From positions 44,704 through 108,703 of the forward strand of contig JBGTNL010000093.1 in the NCBI GenBank assembly GCA_041743085.1: a stretch of DNA of 64,000 bases. The letters are read 5' to 3'. Position 1 is the stretch's first letter. Each line of letters opens with the position of its first letter. Position numbers and translations under genes: made by a program. Below the pieces are notes generated by a model. That model saw only the letters and a program-made list of their open reading frames with translations, was not told where the DNA came from and did not search any database. Of this stretch, positions 16,939-26,601 are shown in pieces. The stretch comes from Flavobacteriaceae bacterium. Lineage in GTDB: Bacteria; Bacteroidota; Bacteroidia; Flavobacteriales; Flavobacteriaceae.

Positions 16939-19029
16939 ATGCAAAGCTTTAGAACAGAAATAGAAAATCCCGTTGTTGAAAAAGACATCCTTGAACTGGA
17001 AAAAAAGATAAGACAGTTTAAAGAGGGCAATCTTGATGAGGAGAAATTCAGAAGCCTGCGCTTGGCCCGTGGGGTGTATGGCCAAAGACAACAGGGTGTA
17101 CAGATGGTTCGTATTAAATTGCCCTATGGAAAAGTAACTGCCCGACAATTGCGGCGAATTTCCGATGTGGCCGACGAATATTCCACGGGAAGGTTGCACA
17201 TTACCACCCGGCAGGATATACAGATCCATTTTGTTGATCTGGAACGCACCCCGGAGCTTTGGGCGCAATTAGAAAAGGATGAGGTTACACTGAGGGAAGC
17301 TTGCGGAAATACGGTACGGAATGTTACGGCCAGCGAAACGGCCGGTATTGACCCCAATGAACCCTTTGATGTTTCTCCCTATGCCCAGGCTCTTTTTGAG
17401 TATTTTCTTAGGAATCCGATAGGGCAGGAAATGGGTAGAAAGTTTAAGGTTTCTTTTTCCGCCAGTGATGCCGATACCGGATTATCGTATATGCACGACC
17501 TCGGATTTATAGCAAAAATAGAAAATAACATCCGCGGCTTTAAGGTGATGCTCGGAGGGGGCCTGGGCTCCCAACCCCGTCACGCTGATGAACTTTACAG
17601 CTTCCTGGTCACAGATCAGATCATTCCCTTAATGGAACAAGTGTTGCGGGTTTTCGACCGTTATGGGGAACGACACAGCAGAGCCAAGGCACGAATGAAA
17701 TTCTTATTGAAAGACCTCGGGTTGGACGGCTTTAAAGAATTATTGGATAAGGAACAGAAGGCAATTCCGTATAAATCATATCCTATAGACAGTACAAACT
17801 ATCCCGAAGCCCGGATTGCAGAGGCAGCCATTCCAGAGGTGGAAATAAGGGATATCACGGCTTTTGAATTATGGAGATCCACCAACCTTGTACCACAGAA
17901 GCAGAAAGGTTATGTAGCAATAGGTATTAAGGTACTTCTGGGGGATTTTTATACAGATAAGGCCAGACAACTGGCCAGTCTTGTGGAAACATATGCGGGC
18001 GCAGAAGTACGGTTAACCCTCCGGCAGAATATTTTGATACCTCATGTTAGAGAATCCCTCGTTCCATTTTTCTACCGCGAACTTGAAAAATTAGGCTTTG
18101 CAGAACCTGGTTACAATAGGGCCTCGGATATTACGGCCTGCCCGGGAACAGATACCTGTAATTTGGGTATTGCAAGTAGTACTGGTATCGCAGGGGAATT
18201 GGAGCGGATCATAAAGGCAGAATACCCGCAGTACATCACCAACTCCGATGTAGCCATCAAGATCAGCGGTTGTATGAATGCTTGCGGACAACACAATATG
18301 GCCCATATTGGCTTTCAGGGAATGTCGATTCGCACTAAAGATAAGTTGGTCGCGCCCGCCCTTCAGGTACTATTGGGCGGAGGAAATCTTGGAAATGGTA
18401 ATGGCAGGTTTGCCGACAAGGTGATAAAAATACCAAGTAAAAGAGGGCCAGAGGCATTGCGTTATATTTTGGATGATTTTGAAGCCAACAGCAGTGGTTC
18501 GTCCTACGAGGTATACTATGCGGAAAAAGGGCAACACTATTTCTATGACCTGTTAAAGCCTTTGGCAGATATAGAAGATTTATCTGCCGACGATTACATT
18601 GATTGGGGCAGTAATGAGCGCTACGAGAAAGCCATTGGTATTGGAGAATGTGCCGGGGTGGTCATAGACCTTGTAGCAACTTTGTTATTTGAAAGTGAAG
18701 AAAAAATTGCCAATGCCATCTCTGCCTTCGAAGAACAAAAGTGGGCGGCAAGTATTTATCATGCCTATTCTTCAATTGTAAATTCGGCAAAAGCATTGCT
18801 TACAGCTGAAAATACCAAAACAAATACCCATGCTGGTATCATAACGGATTTTGATAGGTTATTTGTACAAAATAAACGATTGGACCTGGGTGTTTCCTTT
18901 GAGGAAATGGTTCTGCAGCTCAATAAAAATGAACCTACCGAAGCATTTTCTAGAAAATATCTGGAAAATGCACAGGAATTTTTGAAGTTGGCGGAGGTGT
19001 ATCGAAAAGAAGAATTGGAACATGTATAG
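16939..19029 (+). CDS. Siroheme/[4Fe-4S] sulfite reductase (ferredoxin-type hemoprotein) with a ~130-aa helical C-terminal extension
   Basis: 696 aa. The nitrite/sulfite reductase repeats and the cluster/siroheme cysteines CPGTDTCNLG ... SGCMNACGQH are present. Confidence 0.85.
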   Translation: MQSFRTEIENPVVEKDILELEKKIRQFKEGNLDEEKFRSLRLARGVYGQRQQGVQMVRIKLPYGKVTARQLRRISDVADEYSTGRLHITTRQDIQIHFVDLERTPELWAQLEKDEVTLREACGNTVRNVTASETAGIDPNEPFDVSPYAQALFEYFLRNPIGQEMGRKFKVSFSASDADTGLSYMHDLGFIAKIENNIRGFKVMLGGGLGSQPRHADELYSFLVTDQIIPLMEQVLRVFDRYGERHSRAKARMKFLLKDLGLDGFKELLDKEQKAIPYKSYPIDSTNYPEARIAEAAIPEVEIRDITAFELWRSTNLVPQKQKGYVAIGIKVLLGDFYTDKARQLASLVETYAGAEVRLTLRQNILIPHVRESLVPFFYRELEKLGFAEPGYNRASDITACPGTDTCNLGIASSTGIAGELERIIKAEYPQYITNSDVAIKISGCMNACGQHNMAHIGFQGMSIRTKDKLVAPALQVLLGGGNLGNGNGRFADKVIKIPSKRGPEALRYILDDFEANSSGSSYEVYYAEKGQHYFYDLLKPLADIEDLSADDYIDWGSNERYEKAIGIGECAGVVIDLVATLLFESEEKIANAISAFEEQKWAASIYHAYSSIVNSAKALLTAENTKTNTHAGIITDFDRLFVQNKRLDLGVSFEEMVLQLNKNEPTEAFSRKYLENAQEFLKLAEVYRKEELEHV

Positions 19030-19819
19030 AGAAGCAAAATTAACGGTTGTCGGCGCCGGGCCGGGAGATGTTGACCTTATAACGCTTAAAGGGATTAAAG
19101 CCCTGGAGACGGCTAATGTAGTGCTGTACGATGCTTTGGTGGATCCGGAACTATTGGATTATGCCCCACAAGCTGAACACATCTTTGTCGGGAAAAGAAA
19201 GGGCTGCTATACCTATCAGCAAGATCAGATCAATGAATTAATCGTTAGCCGCGCAAATTCCCACGGACATGTTGTACGACTTAAAGGAGGAGATCCTTTT
19301 GTCTTTGGTCGGGGAGCCGAAGAAATGGAATATGCTGCGGCTCATGGTTTGACAACGGCCATGGTACCCGGAATTTCTTCTTGTGTGGCGGTCCCGGCGG
19401 CACAAAATATTCCGGTTACCAAACGCGGAACCTCTGAGAGTTTTTGGGTCATAACGGGGACTACCAAGGAGCATAAGTTGTCAGCGGATATAGAACTTGC
19501 TGCGCAATCAAGTGCTACAGTAGTCATATTGATGGGGATGTCTAAATTGGCTTCAATCGTGGAATTATTTAAAAATGCGGGCAAATCCGAAACTCCGGTA
19601 GCCATCATCCAAAACGGTACCCTGGAAAATGAGAATATCGGGGTAGGGACCATTACAACAATAGAAGGCATGGTGCAAGAAAAACACCTGACCAATCCCG
19701 CCATAATCATCATCGGGGAGGTCGTAGGGCATAGAGAAAAAATAAATGAGCTGCAAGCATATCAGAACTTGGCAGACCTGCACAACAAGCAACTGGTACA
19801 GGAAATATACCCAGCGTAA
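19022..19819 (+). CDS. cobA: Uroporphyrinogen-III C-methyltransferase (siroheme branch)
   Basis: 265 aa with VGAGPGDVDLITLKG, LKGGDPFVFGRG and VPGISS. The start overlaps the sulfite reductase stop by 8 nt. Confidence 0.85.
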   Translation: MYREAKLTVVGAGPGDVDLITLKGIKALETANVVLYDALVDPELLDYAPQAEHIFVGKRKGCYTYQQDQINELIVSRANSHGHVVRLKGGDPFVFGRGAEEMEYAAAHGLTTAMVPGISSCVAVPAAQNIPVTKRGTSESFWVITGTTKEHKLSADIELAAQSSATVVILMGMSKLASIVELFKNAGKSETPVAIIQNGTLENENIGVGTITTIEGMVQEKHLTNPAIIIIGEVVGHREKINELQAYQNLADLHNKQLVQEIYPA

Positions 19820-20505
19820 TGGAACGAAACAATTTGTATCCAATTTTTCTGAAAACTTCTCACCTTCATGTATTGATCGTGGGTGGCGGGAATGTAGCGG
19901 AAGAGAAACTCCGGTTTTTAACGAAATCGAGTCCCGATGCCAGAACCACCATGGTGGCTCCCATGTTCAGGGAAGAAACGCTAAATCTGGCTAAAAAATA
20001 TGCCGTACAGATCGTTTATGATTGGTATGATATTAGTTATTTAAAAGGAAAACATGTGGTCATCGCCACTACGGACGAACCGGAGGTAAACATGCAGGTT
20101 TACAAGGATTGCAGGGAACAGGATAAGTTGGTGAATGTTGCGGATAATCCCCCGTATTGTGATTTTTATATGGGTGGAATCGTTACGAAAGGAAATGTAA
20201 AGCTGGCCATATCAACGAACGGGAAATCACCCACCACTGCAAAGCGCTTACGGCAGTTCTTTGAGGAAATTATACCGGAGGACATTGATAAAATGGTGAA
20301 AAACCTGAACGCCTACAGAAAGACACTAAAGGGTGATTTTGAATACAAAGTGGATAAAATGAATGAGGTTACCAAGACTCTCGTAGATAAAAAAAGGCGC
20401 TCTCCCTCAGAGGAAGAGGGGAATGAATCAGGCCTCTGGCGTGAGAAAGGGGCGTTTGAAAATTACCGGGGATCTGGGATAAAACCTTCCTTTATTAAAA
20501 GGTAG
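19819..20505 (+). CDS. Precorrin-2 dehydrogenase / sirohydrochlorin ferrochelatase (SirC/Met8-like)
   Basis: 228 aa with an N-terminal Rossmann motif VLIVGGGNVAEEK and a TAATG stop/start overlap with cobA. Confidence 0.75.
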   Translation: MERNNLYPIFLKTSHLHVLIVGGGNVAEEKLRFLTKSSPDARTTMVAPMFREETLNLAKKYAVQIVYDWYDISYLKGKHVVIATTDEPEVNMQVYKDCREQDKLVNVADNPPYCDFYMGGIVTKGNVKLAISTNGKSPTTAKRLRQFFEEIIPEDIDKMVKNLNAYRKTLKGDFEYKVDKMNEVTKTLVDKKRRSPSEEEGNESGLWREKGAFENYRGSGIKPSFIKR

Positions 20506-20530
20506 GCTAAATTAGTAAAGATTTGAAAAT

Positions 20531-21595
20531 ATGATCAAAACAGACATACTTATAATTGGAGCAGGTCCCACAGGGCTATTCACGGTCTTCGAAGCAGGAT
20601 TGCTTAAAATGAGGACCCATTTGATAGATGCCCTACCGCAGCCGGGAGGGCAATGTTCGGAGATCTATCCCAAAAAGCCTATTTATGACATTCCGGCCTA
20701 TCCCGAGATCTTGGCAGGGGATCTTGTAGACCGGCTATTGCAACAAATAAAACCCTTTGAACCCGGTTTTACGCTGGGCGAACGGGCCGAAACTTTGGAA
20801 AGATTAGAAGATGATACTTTCCTGGTAACCACCAATCAGGGCACAAAACATGTGGCACGGGTTGTAGTGATTGCCGGCGGACTTGGTTCCTTTGAGCCCC
20901 GGAAACCCCCCATTGAAAATATTACGGATTTTGAAGACAAAGGAGTAACCTATATGATCAAGGATCCTGAGAAATACCGCAATAGGAAAGTTGTAATAGC
21001 GGGTGGGGGGGATTCTGCCCTGGATTGGTCCATTTTCTTGTCCGACATTGCTTCTGAAGTGATTTTGGTGCATCGGCGAAATGAATTCCGAGGAGCCCTT
21101 GATTCTGTTGTGAAAGCTGCAGGTCTGGCAAAGCTTGGAAAAATTAAATTGTATACCGAAGCCGAAGTTAAAAAACTTTATGGCGACGAGCACCTCGAAG
21201 CGCTGGTATTGAAGCATAACGATCCAGGGAAAGGGGAAACCTATGTGGAAACGGATTACTTTATTCCCTTGTTCGGCTTATCACCTAAATTGGGGCCCAT
21301 GGGCGATTGGGGCCTGGAGATCGAAAAAAATGCCATTAAGGTAGACAACGCTTACGACTATCAAACAAATATACCCGGTGTCTATGCCATTGGAGACGTG
21401 AACACCTATCCGGGCAAGTTAAAACTCATCCTTTCGGGCTTCCATGAGGCAGCGGTAATGTGCCAGAGCGCCTATCAACGGGTATATCCGGGGAAGCGAT
21501 ATGTTATGAAGTATACTACCGTTGGAGGTGTTGAAGGTTTTGACGGAAGTAAAAAAGAAGCCAAAAAGGAAGTAGTACAAAGTATTGTTATGTAG
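20531..21595 (+). CDS. Thioredoxin-reductase-like ferredoxin-NADP+ reductase (YumC type)
   Basis: 354 aa with two dinucleotide motifs (IIGAGPTGLF and IAGGGDSALDW) and no CxxC redox pair. Confidence 0.75.
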   Translation: MIKTDILIIGAGPTGLFTVFEAGLLKMRTHLIDALPQPGGQCSEIYPKKPIYDIPAYPEILAGDLVDRLLQQIKPFEPGFTLGERAETLERLEDDTFLVTTNQGTKHVARVVVIAGGLGSFEPRKPPIENITDFEDKGVTYMIKDPEKYRNRKVVIAGGGDSALDWSIFLSDIASEVILVHRRNEFRGALDSVVKAAGLAKLGKIKLYTEAEVKKLYGDEHLEALVLKHNDPGKGETYVETDYFIPLFGLSPKLGPMGDWGLEIEKNAIKVDNAYDYQTNIPGVYAIGDVNTYPGKLKLILSGFHEAAVMCQSAYQRVYPGKRYVMKYTTVGGVEGFDGSKKEAKKEVVQSIVM

Positions 21596-21714
21596 AGTTA
21601 TAATTATTTGAATCTAAGTAATTCCCCTATGGCTTGCCTCGGGCCTGCCTGCCGCAGGCAGGGATAGTCGCCCGCCAGAGGCGGGTAAACTTTCAAGAAT
21701 TTTTTTATTTCGCT

Positions 21715-21753
21715 AAAAACCTTTTAACTATTAAAGTTAAGAGGTTTTTTTTT
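21715..21753 (+). terminator. Rho-independent terminator after the sulfur-assimilation operon
   Basis: aaaaaccttttaac-tattaaa-gttaagaggttttttttt forms an imperfect 9-bp stem flanked by an A-run and a T9-run. Confidence 0.55.
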
Positions 21754-21919
21754 GAAGGAAGGGTAAAGATAAAGCCTGGAAGGGGGAGTGTATGGAATAG
21801 CCCTGTTTAACCAGGTTTTTAGGACGTTCACAACTGCCATTTGTTAAAAAAAACGATCACTTTCCTTGGTTATCATCACGCTGTGGCGTTACTTTGCATC
21901 AGTTCATTAGCAAACTGAA

Positions 21920-22052
21920 GATCGTTATCAAGAAAGGTGGAGGGAATAGACCCTTTGAAACCTTAGCAACCCTTTTCCATCCCGATGACTCTTGGGATAT
22001 TGGTATAAAGAAGGTGCTACATTCTATCCCGCGGAGAGCGGGACAGATAACA
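21920..22052 (+). promoter_or_regulatory. SAM-I (S-box) riboswitch leader of metH-metF
   Basis: cgttatcaagaaaggtggagggaatagaccctttgaaaccttagcaaccc ... aaggtgctacattctatc ... gacagataac. The core is almost identical to the copy at 8862-9006. Confidence 0.8.
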
Positions 22053-22230
22053 CGCGGCAAGGTTTTACCGCTCTTGCTCCCAATTTCTTGATATATTTTA
22101 AAATAGCGTTCCCGCCAGTTGGCGGGCCTAACGCAAAATACGACCTTGAGGGACGGAAGGACTTTGTAGGTTTAAAACTGAAGTAATACAATAACAAGAA
22201 ATACTAAAGTCAGGTAAAAGCAATAAAAGC

Positions 22231-23235
22231 ATGACGGATATCAAAGATTTACTAAACGAACGGATCCTTATCCTGGATGGTGCCATGGGCACCATGTTAC
22301 AGCGCTATAAATTTAGCGAGGAAGATTTTCGCGGAGATCGTTTCAAGGATTGGCAACATCCTTTGCAAGGGAACAATGACCTTTTGTCCCTTACCCAACC
22401 AAAGGCTATAGAGGAAATACATAGAAAATATTATGAAGCCGGTGCGGATATTGTTGAAACAAATACCTTTTCGGGGACTACAGTGGCCATGGCGGATTAC
22501 CACATGGAAGAACTGGTTTACGAACTTAATTATGAGTCGGCCCGAATTGCAAAAAAAGTTGCCGAAGACTGTACCGCAAAACAACCGGATAAACCCCGCT
22601 TTGTGGCCGGAAGTATGGGGCCAACCAATAAAACGGCGAGTATGTCCCCCAATGTAAATGACCCGGGATTCAGGGCGATTTCATTTGATGACCTTCGCGC
22701 CGCCTACAAGCTACAAGCCGAAGGCCTGTTGGATGGAGGAGTAGATATCCTGTTGGTAGAAACGATATTCGATACTCTTAACGCCAAAGCTGCCTTGTTT
22801 GCAATAGAGGAAGTTAAGGATGAGCGGGGTCTATGGATCCCTATAATGGTGAGTGGTACTATTACGGACGCCTCCGGTCGTACATTATCCGGACAAACGG
22901 CAGAGGCCTTCTTAATATCTATTTCGCATATTCCCTTACTTTCCGTGGGCTTTAATTGTGCCCTGGGAGCAAGCCAGTTGACACCACATCTGGAGGTGCT
23001 TTCTGCAAAATCGGGTCATGCGGTCTCGGCACATCCCAATGCCGGCCTGCCAAACGCCTTTGGAGAATATGACGAAACCCCCGGGCAAATGGCGGAACAG
23101 ATTCGGGAGTATCTGGAAAAAGGATTGGTTAACATCGTTGGGGGTTGCTGCGGAACTACCCCGGAACATATAAAGGCAATTGCCGAATTGGCAAAGCAGT
23201 ATGACCCCCGGGCGCTGAAACTGGAAGTTGTCTGA
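22231..23235 (+). CDS. metH: Homocysteine S-methyltransferase module of methionine synthase (separate ORF)
   Basis: 334 aa with [14 protein letters not shown] and [11 protein letters not shown] (the Zn-binding Cys pair). The stop TGA is immediately followed by the ATG of the next module. Confidence 0.85.
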   Translation: MTDIKDLLNERILILDGAMGTMLQRYKFSEEDFRGDRFKDWQHPLQGNNDLLSLTQPKAIEEIHRKYYEAGADIVETNTFSGTTVAMADYHMEELVYELNYESARIAKKVAEDCTAKQPDKPRFVAGSMGPTNKTASMSPNVNDPGFRAISFDDLRAAYKLQAEGLLDGGVDILLVETIFDTLNAKAALFAIEEVKDERGLWIPIMVSGTITDASGRTLSGQTAEAFLISISHIPLLSVGFNCALGASQLTPHLEVLSAKSGHAVSAHPNAGLPNAFGEYDETPGQMAEQIREYLEKGLVNIVGGCCGTTPEHIKAIAELAKQYDPRALKLEVV

Positions 23236-26200
23236 ATGAAGTCACAAGAACCAAAATATCTGATGTTATCCGGTCTGGAACCCTTAGTGGTCACTCCCGA
23301 AAGCAATTTTGTCAATGTAGGGGAGCGAACCAATGTGGCCGGATCCAAAAAGTTTCTCAGGTTAATAAAGGAGGATAAGTTTGAGGAAGCGCTCGATGTT
23401 GCCAGGCACCAGGTAGAAGGCGGCGCTCAGATCATTGATATCAATATGGATGATGGCCTGATCGACGGGAAAGAGGCAATGGTCAAATTCCTGAACCTTA
23501 TCATGGCAGAACCCGATATTGCGCGTGTCCCCATTATGATCGATAGCTCCAAATGGGAGATCATTGAGGCGGGCTTACAGGTAGTACAGGGCAAATGTGT
23601 GGTGAATTCCATAAGCCTTAAAGAAGGCGAGAAAGAATTTATCAGGCAGGCAAAATTAATTCGCCGTTATGGTGCAGCCGTTATTATCATGGCTTTTGAC
23701 GAGGTGGGGCAGGCCGATAATTTTGAGCGCAGAATCGAGATCACCAAACGCTCCTATGAGTTACTGGTTCACGAGGTTGGGTTTCCACCCCAGGATATCA
23801 TTTTTGACCTCAACATATTTCCCGTTGCAACGGGAATGGACGAACATAAACGGAACGCGGTTGATTTTATAGAGGCCACAAAGTGGGTGCGTGAAAATCT
23901 GCCGCACTCCCATGTCAGCGGAGGTGTAAGCAATGTTTCTTTTAGTTTCAGGGGCAATGATCCGGTCAGGGAGGCAATGCACTCTGTTTTTCTGTACCAC
24001 GCCATACAGGCCGGAATGGACATGGGGATTGTGAATCCGGCCATGTTAGAAGTTTATGATGATATTCCCAAGGATTTACTGGAGCGCGTAGAAGACGTGA
24101 TCCTGAACCGACGGGACGACGCAACGGAACGGTTGTTGGATTTCGCGGAAACAGTAATAGGACAGAAGCGCGAGAGCGGGGTTGATCTCTCATGGCGGAA
24201 AGAAGCGCTGCAGGATAGGATAACGCGGGCCCTGGTAAAGGGAATAGATCAATATATTGTTGAGGATGTGGAGGAGGCCAGGGTAAGCGTAAACAAACCT
24301 ATTGAGGTCATTGAAGGCCATTTAATGACAGGGATGAACGTGGTGGGAGATCTTTTTGGAAGCGGAAAAATGTTTCTGCCGCAGGTCGTGAAGTCGGCCC
24401 GTGTGATGAAAAAGGCCGTGGCACACCTTCTTCCTTTTATTGAGGAGGAGAAAAAAAAGGCCCCCAAACCCCCAAAGGGAGTTCAATATTGGCAAACTGC
24501 CAACCCCGTACTTTATAAATTGCTTAAAGAGGTTGCAGAAAAAATGCGCAACAAACCTACCAGGGCTGAAGAATTGCTTTGGAAAGCCCTAAGCAATAAA
24601 AATCTTGCTGGTTATAAATTCGGAAGACAACACATAGTAGGCGAATTTATTACAGACTTTATCTGCTTAAGTGAAAATTTGGTTGTAGAGGTAGATGGCC
24701 TGATCCATCAATTGCCAAATAACAAAAGCAGCGATTCCGAAAGAAATTCATGGTTGGAAAGTTTGGGATATAGGGTCATTAGATTTACCAATGATGAGGT
24801 TTTGTCAAACATTGAAGGCGTTCTGGAAGCTATCCATACCGCTTTAAAAGCACCCCCTTTGAGGGCGGGGGGGGCAGCCGGAAAGATACTAATGGCCACT
24901 GTGAAGGGGGATGTTCACGATATTGGTAAAAATATCGTCGGGGTGGTATTGGCCTGTAATAATTATGAGATTATTGATCTGGGCGTCATGGTCCCTCCGG
25001 AAAAAATAATCCAAAAAGCCAAAGAAGAACAGGTAGATATCATCGGGCTTAGCGGACTTATAACGCCCTCCTTGGATGAGATGGTCTTCCTGGCCAAAGA
25101 AATGGAAAGGCAGAAGTTTTCGGTTCCGCTGTTGATTGGAGGCGCCACCACCAGCAAGGCGCATACAGCAGTAAAAATAGATACACAATACAGTCAGGCA
25201 GTGGTGCATGTGAATGATGCCTCCAGGGCGGTAACGGTAGTAGGTGATTTGCTTCAAAAAGAATCATCCGATGGTTATAAGAAAACCGTAAAAACAGACT
25301 ATGAATCGTTTAGGGAAAAGTTCCTGAAACGAGGAAAGCAAAAGGAATATCTGTCCCTTGAAGCCGCCCGGAACAACAAGTTCCGTATCAACTGGAATTC
25401 CGAGGATATTTCTGTGCCCAAAGAACAGGGCATACAAATTATACCAGACCTTGACCTTAGAAAGTTGGAGGACTTTATAGATTGGACCCCTTTTTTCAGG
25501 AGCTGGGAACTCCACGGCAAATATCCGGATATTTTAAACGACGAGGTTGTTGGTGGGCAGGCCAGGGAACTTTTTAAAGATGCCCAAAAAATGTTACATA
25601 AGGTATTTGATAAAAAGTTATTGCGGGCGAAAGGTATTTGGGGACTTTTTCCGGCAAATACCAGAAACGATGATGACATAGAAGTCAATAATGAAGGTGA
25701 GCGGGTTATTTTCAGGACACTTCGCCAGCAACTTAAAAAACGGGAGGGAGTACCTAATTTTGCCCTTGCGGATTTTGTTGCACCCGGCGAATCCGGTATT
25801 CAGGATTATATGGGCTGTTTTTGTGTGAGTGCGGGATTTGGAACGGAGGAATTGGCAGAGAAATACAGAAAGGAACTCGACGATTACAATTCAATTCTGA
25901 TAAAAGCCCTGGCAGACCGACTGGCAGAGGCTTTTGCCGAATATCTACATAAAGAAGTGCGCATTAAACACTGGGGATATGCGAATGAAGAACAATTATC
26001 CAACGAAGAGTTGATCAAGGAAACCTATAAGGGCATACGGCCGGCTCCGGGGTATCCCGCCTGTCCGGATCACCTCGAAAAATTAACGATCTGGGAATTG
26101 CTGAAGGTGAATGAGAACATTGGCGTGGAACTTACGGACAGTCTGGCCATGTGGCCTGCCGCCAGTGTCAGTGGGTACTATTTTGCCCATCCGGAAGCGC

Positions 26201-26316
26201 GCTATTTCGGAGTAGGTAAAATTACGGAAGACCAGGTGAAGGATTTTGCGGATAGAAAGGGGATGGTACTGGAAGAAGCTGCAAAATGGCTGGCACCAAA
26301 CATGGCTGAAGAGTAA
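23236..26316 (+). CDS. metH: Cobalamin-dependent methionine synthase: pterin-binding, cap/B12-binding and AdoMet-reactivation modules, carrying a ~140-aa in-frame insertion
   Basis: Contains [11 protein letters not shown]..., the B12 motif [11 protein letters not shown] and the activation-domain segment [12 protein letters not shown]. It is 1026 aa; flavobacterial orthologues are recalled, not checked, as roughly 890 aa. Confidence 0.9.
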   Translation: MKSQEPKYLMLSGLEPLVVTPESNFVNVGERTNVAGSKKFLRLIKEDKFEEALDVARHQVEGGAQIIDINMDDGLIDGKEAMVKFLNLIMAEPDIARVPIMIDSSKWEIIEAGLQVVQGKCVVNSISLKEGEKEFIRQAKLIRRYGAAVIIMAFDEVGQADNFERRIEITKRSYELLVHEVGFPPQDIIFDLNIFPVATGMDEHKRNAVDFIEATKWVRENLPHSHVSGGVSNVSFSFRGNDPVREAMHSVFLYHAIQAGMDMGIVNPAMLEVYDDIPKDLLERVEDVILNRRDDATERLLDFAETVIGQKRESGVDLSWRKEALQDRITRALVKGIDQYIVEDVEEARVSVNKPIEVIEGHLMTGMNVVGDLFGSGKMFLPQVVKSARVMKKAVAHLLPFIEEEKKKAPKPPKGVQYWQTANPVLYKLLKEVAEKMRNKPTRAEELLWKALSNKNLAGYKFGRQHIVGEFITDFICLSENLVVEVDGLIHQLPNNKSSDSERNSWLESLGYRVIRFTNDEVLSNIEGVLEAIHTALKAPPLRAGGAAGKILMATVKGDVHDIGKNIVGVVLACNNYEIIDLGVMVPPEKIIQKAKEEQVDIIGLSGLITPSLDEMVFLAKEMERQKFSVPLLIGGATTSKAHTAVKIDTQYSQAVVHVNDASRAVTVVGDLLQKESSDGYKKTVKTDYESFREKFLKRGKQKEYLSLEAARNNKFRINWNSEDISVPKEQGIQIIPDLDLRKLEDFIDWTPFFRSWELHGKYPDILNDEVVGGQARELFKDAQKMLHKVFDKKLLRAKGIWGLFPANTRNDDDIEVNNEGERVIFRTLRQQLKKREGVPNFALADFVAPGESGIQDYMGCFCVSAGFGTEELAEKYRKELDDYNSILIKALADRLAEAFAEYLHKEVRIKHWGYANEEQLSNEELIKETYKGIRPAPGYPACPDHLEKLTIWELLKVNENIGVELTDSLAMWPAASVSGYYFAHPEARYFGVGKITEDQVKDFADRKGMVLEEAAKWLAPNMAEE
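24460..24879 (+). mobile_element. DUF559 / Vsr-like endonuclease module embedded in-frame in metH
   Basis: The translation [57 protein letters not shown]...[24 protein letters not shown] matches the DUF559 signature. G/C-rich imperfect inverted flanks lie at 24459-24480 and 24851-24874. Confidence 0.7.
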
Positions 26317-26489
26317 CCAGTATGGCCCGTGTCAGGGATTGGTATCCCGCCTTTGTGGGTTGTAATGGTGTATTAGGCGAAGGTGCCGCGTTAGGGATTG
26401 AGGTATTGTCGGAGCTCTTTTTGCGATCCTCCGGAACGTCCGGGGATCTTGCAAGTGAAAGCAAAAAAGCGACTACCGAAAGCCCGGTC

Positions 26490-26519
26490 CCCCTTCTCCG
26501 CCGATCGGCGGAGAAGGGG
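26490..26519. repeat. 30-bp perfect palindrome in the metH-metF spacer
   Basis: ccccttctccgccgatcggcggagaagggg equals its own reverse complement. No T-run follows it. Confidence 0.9.
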
Positions 26520-26601
26520 AACGCCCAAATTAAAGTGATAAAACATATTTAAAATAGACAACCCAACAATCGCCCTCTCCAAGTGATGAGGGGCTGAGGC
26601 T

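Noticed and set aside
21770-21783. Exact 14-mer taaagcctggaagg, also present at 57695-57708
   Set aside because: Several exact 14-mer coincidences are expected by chance in a 64-kb window. The flanks do not extend the match.
21894-22186. Two small ORFs (65 and 64 aa) upstream of metH
   Set aside because: They overlap the SAM-I riboswitch and the GC-rich hairpins of the leader, so the RNA element explains the sequence better.
24460-24879. Possible intein in metH
   Set aside because: The insert lacks intein junction chemistry. There is no Cys/Ser/Thr as its first residue, and no terminal His-Asn followed by Cys/Ser/Thr. It also has no Hint-domain blocks. Its sequence matches DUF559/Vsr-like nucleases instead.
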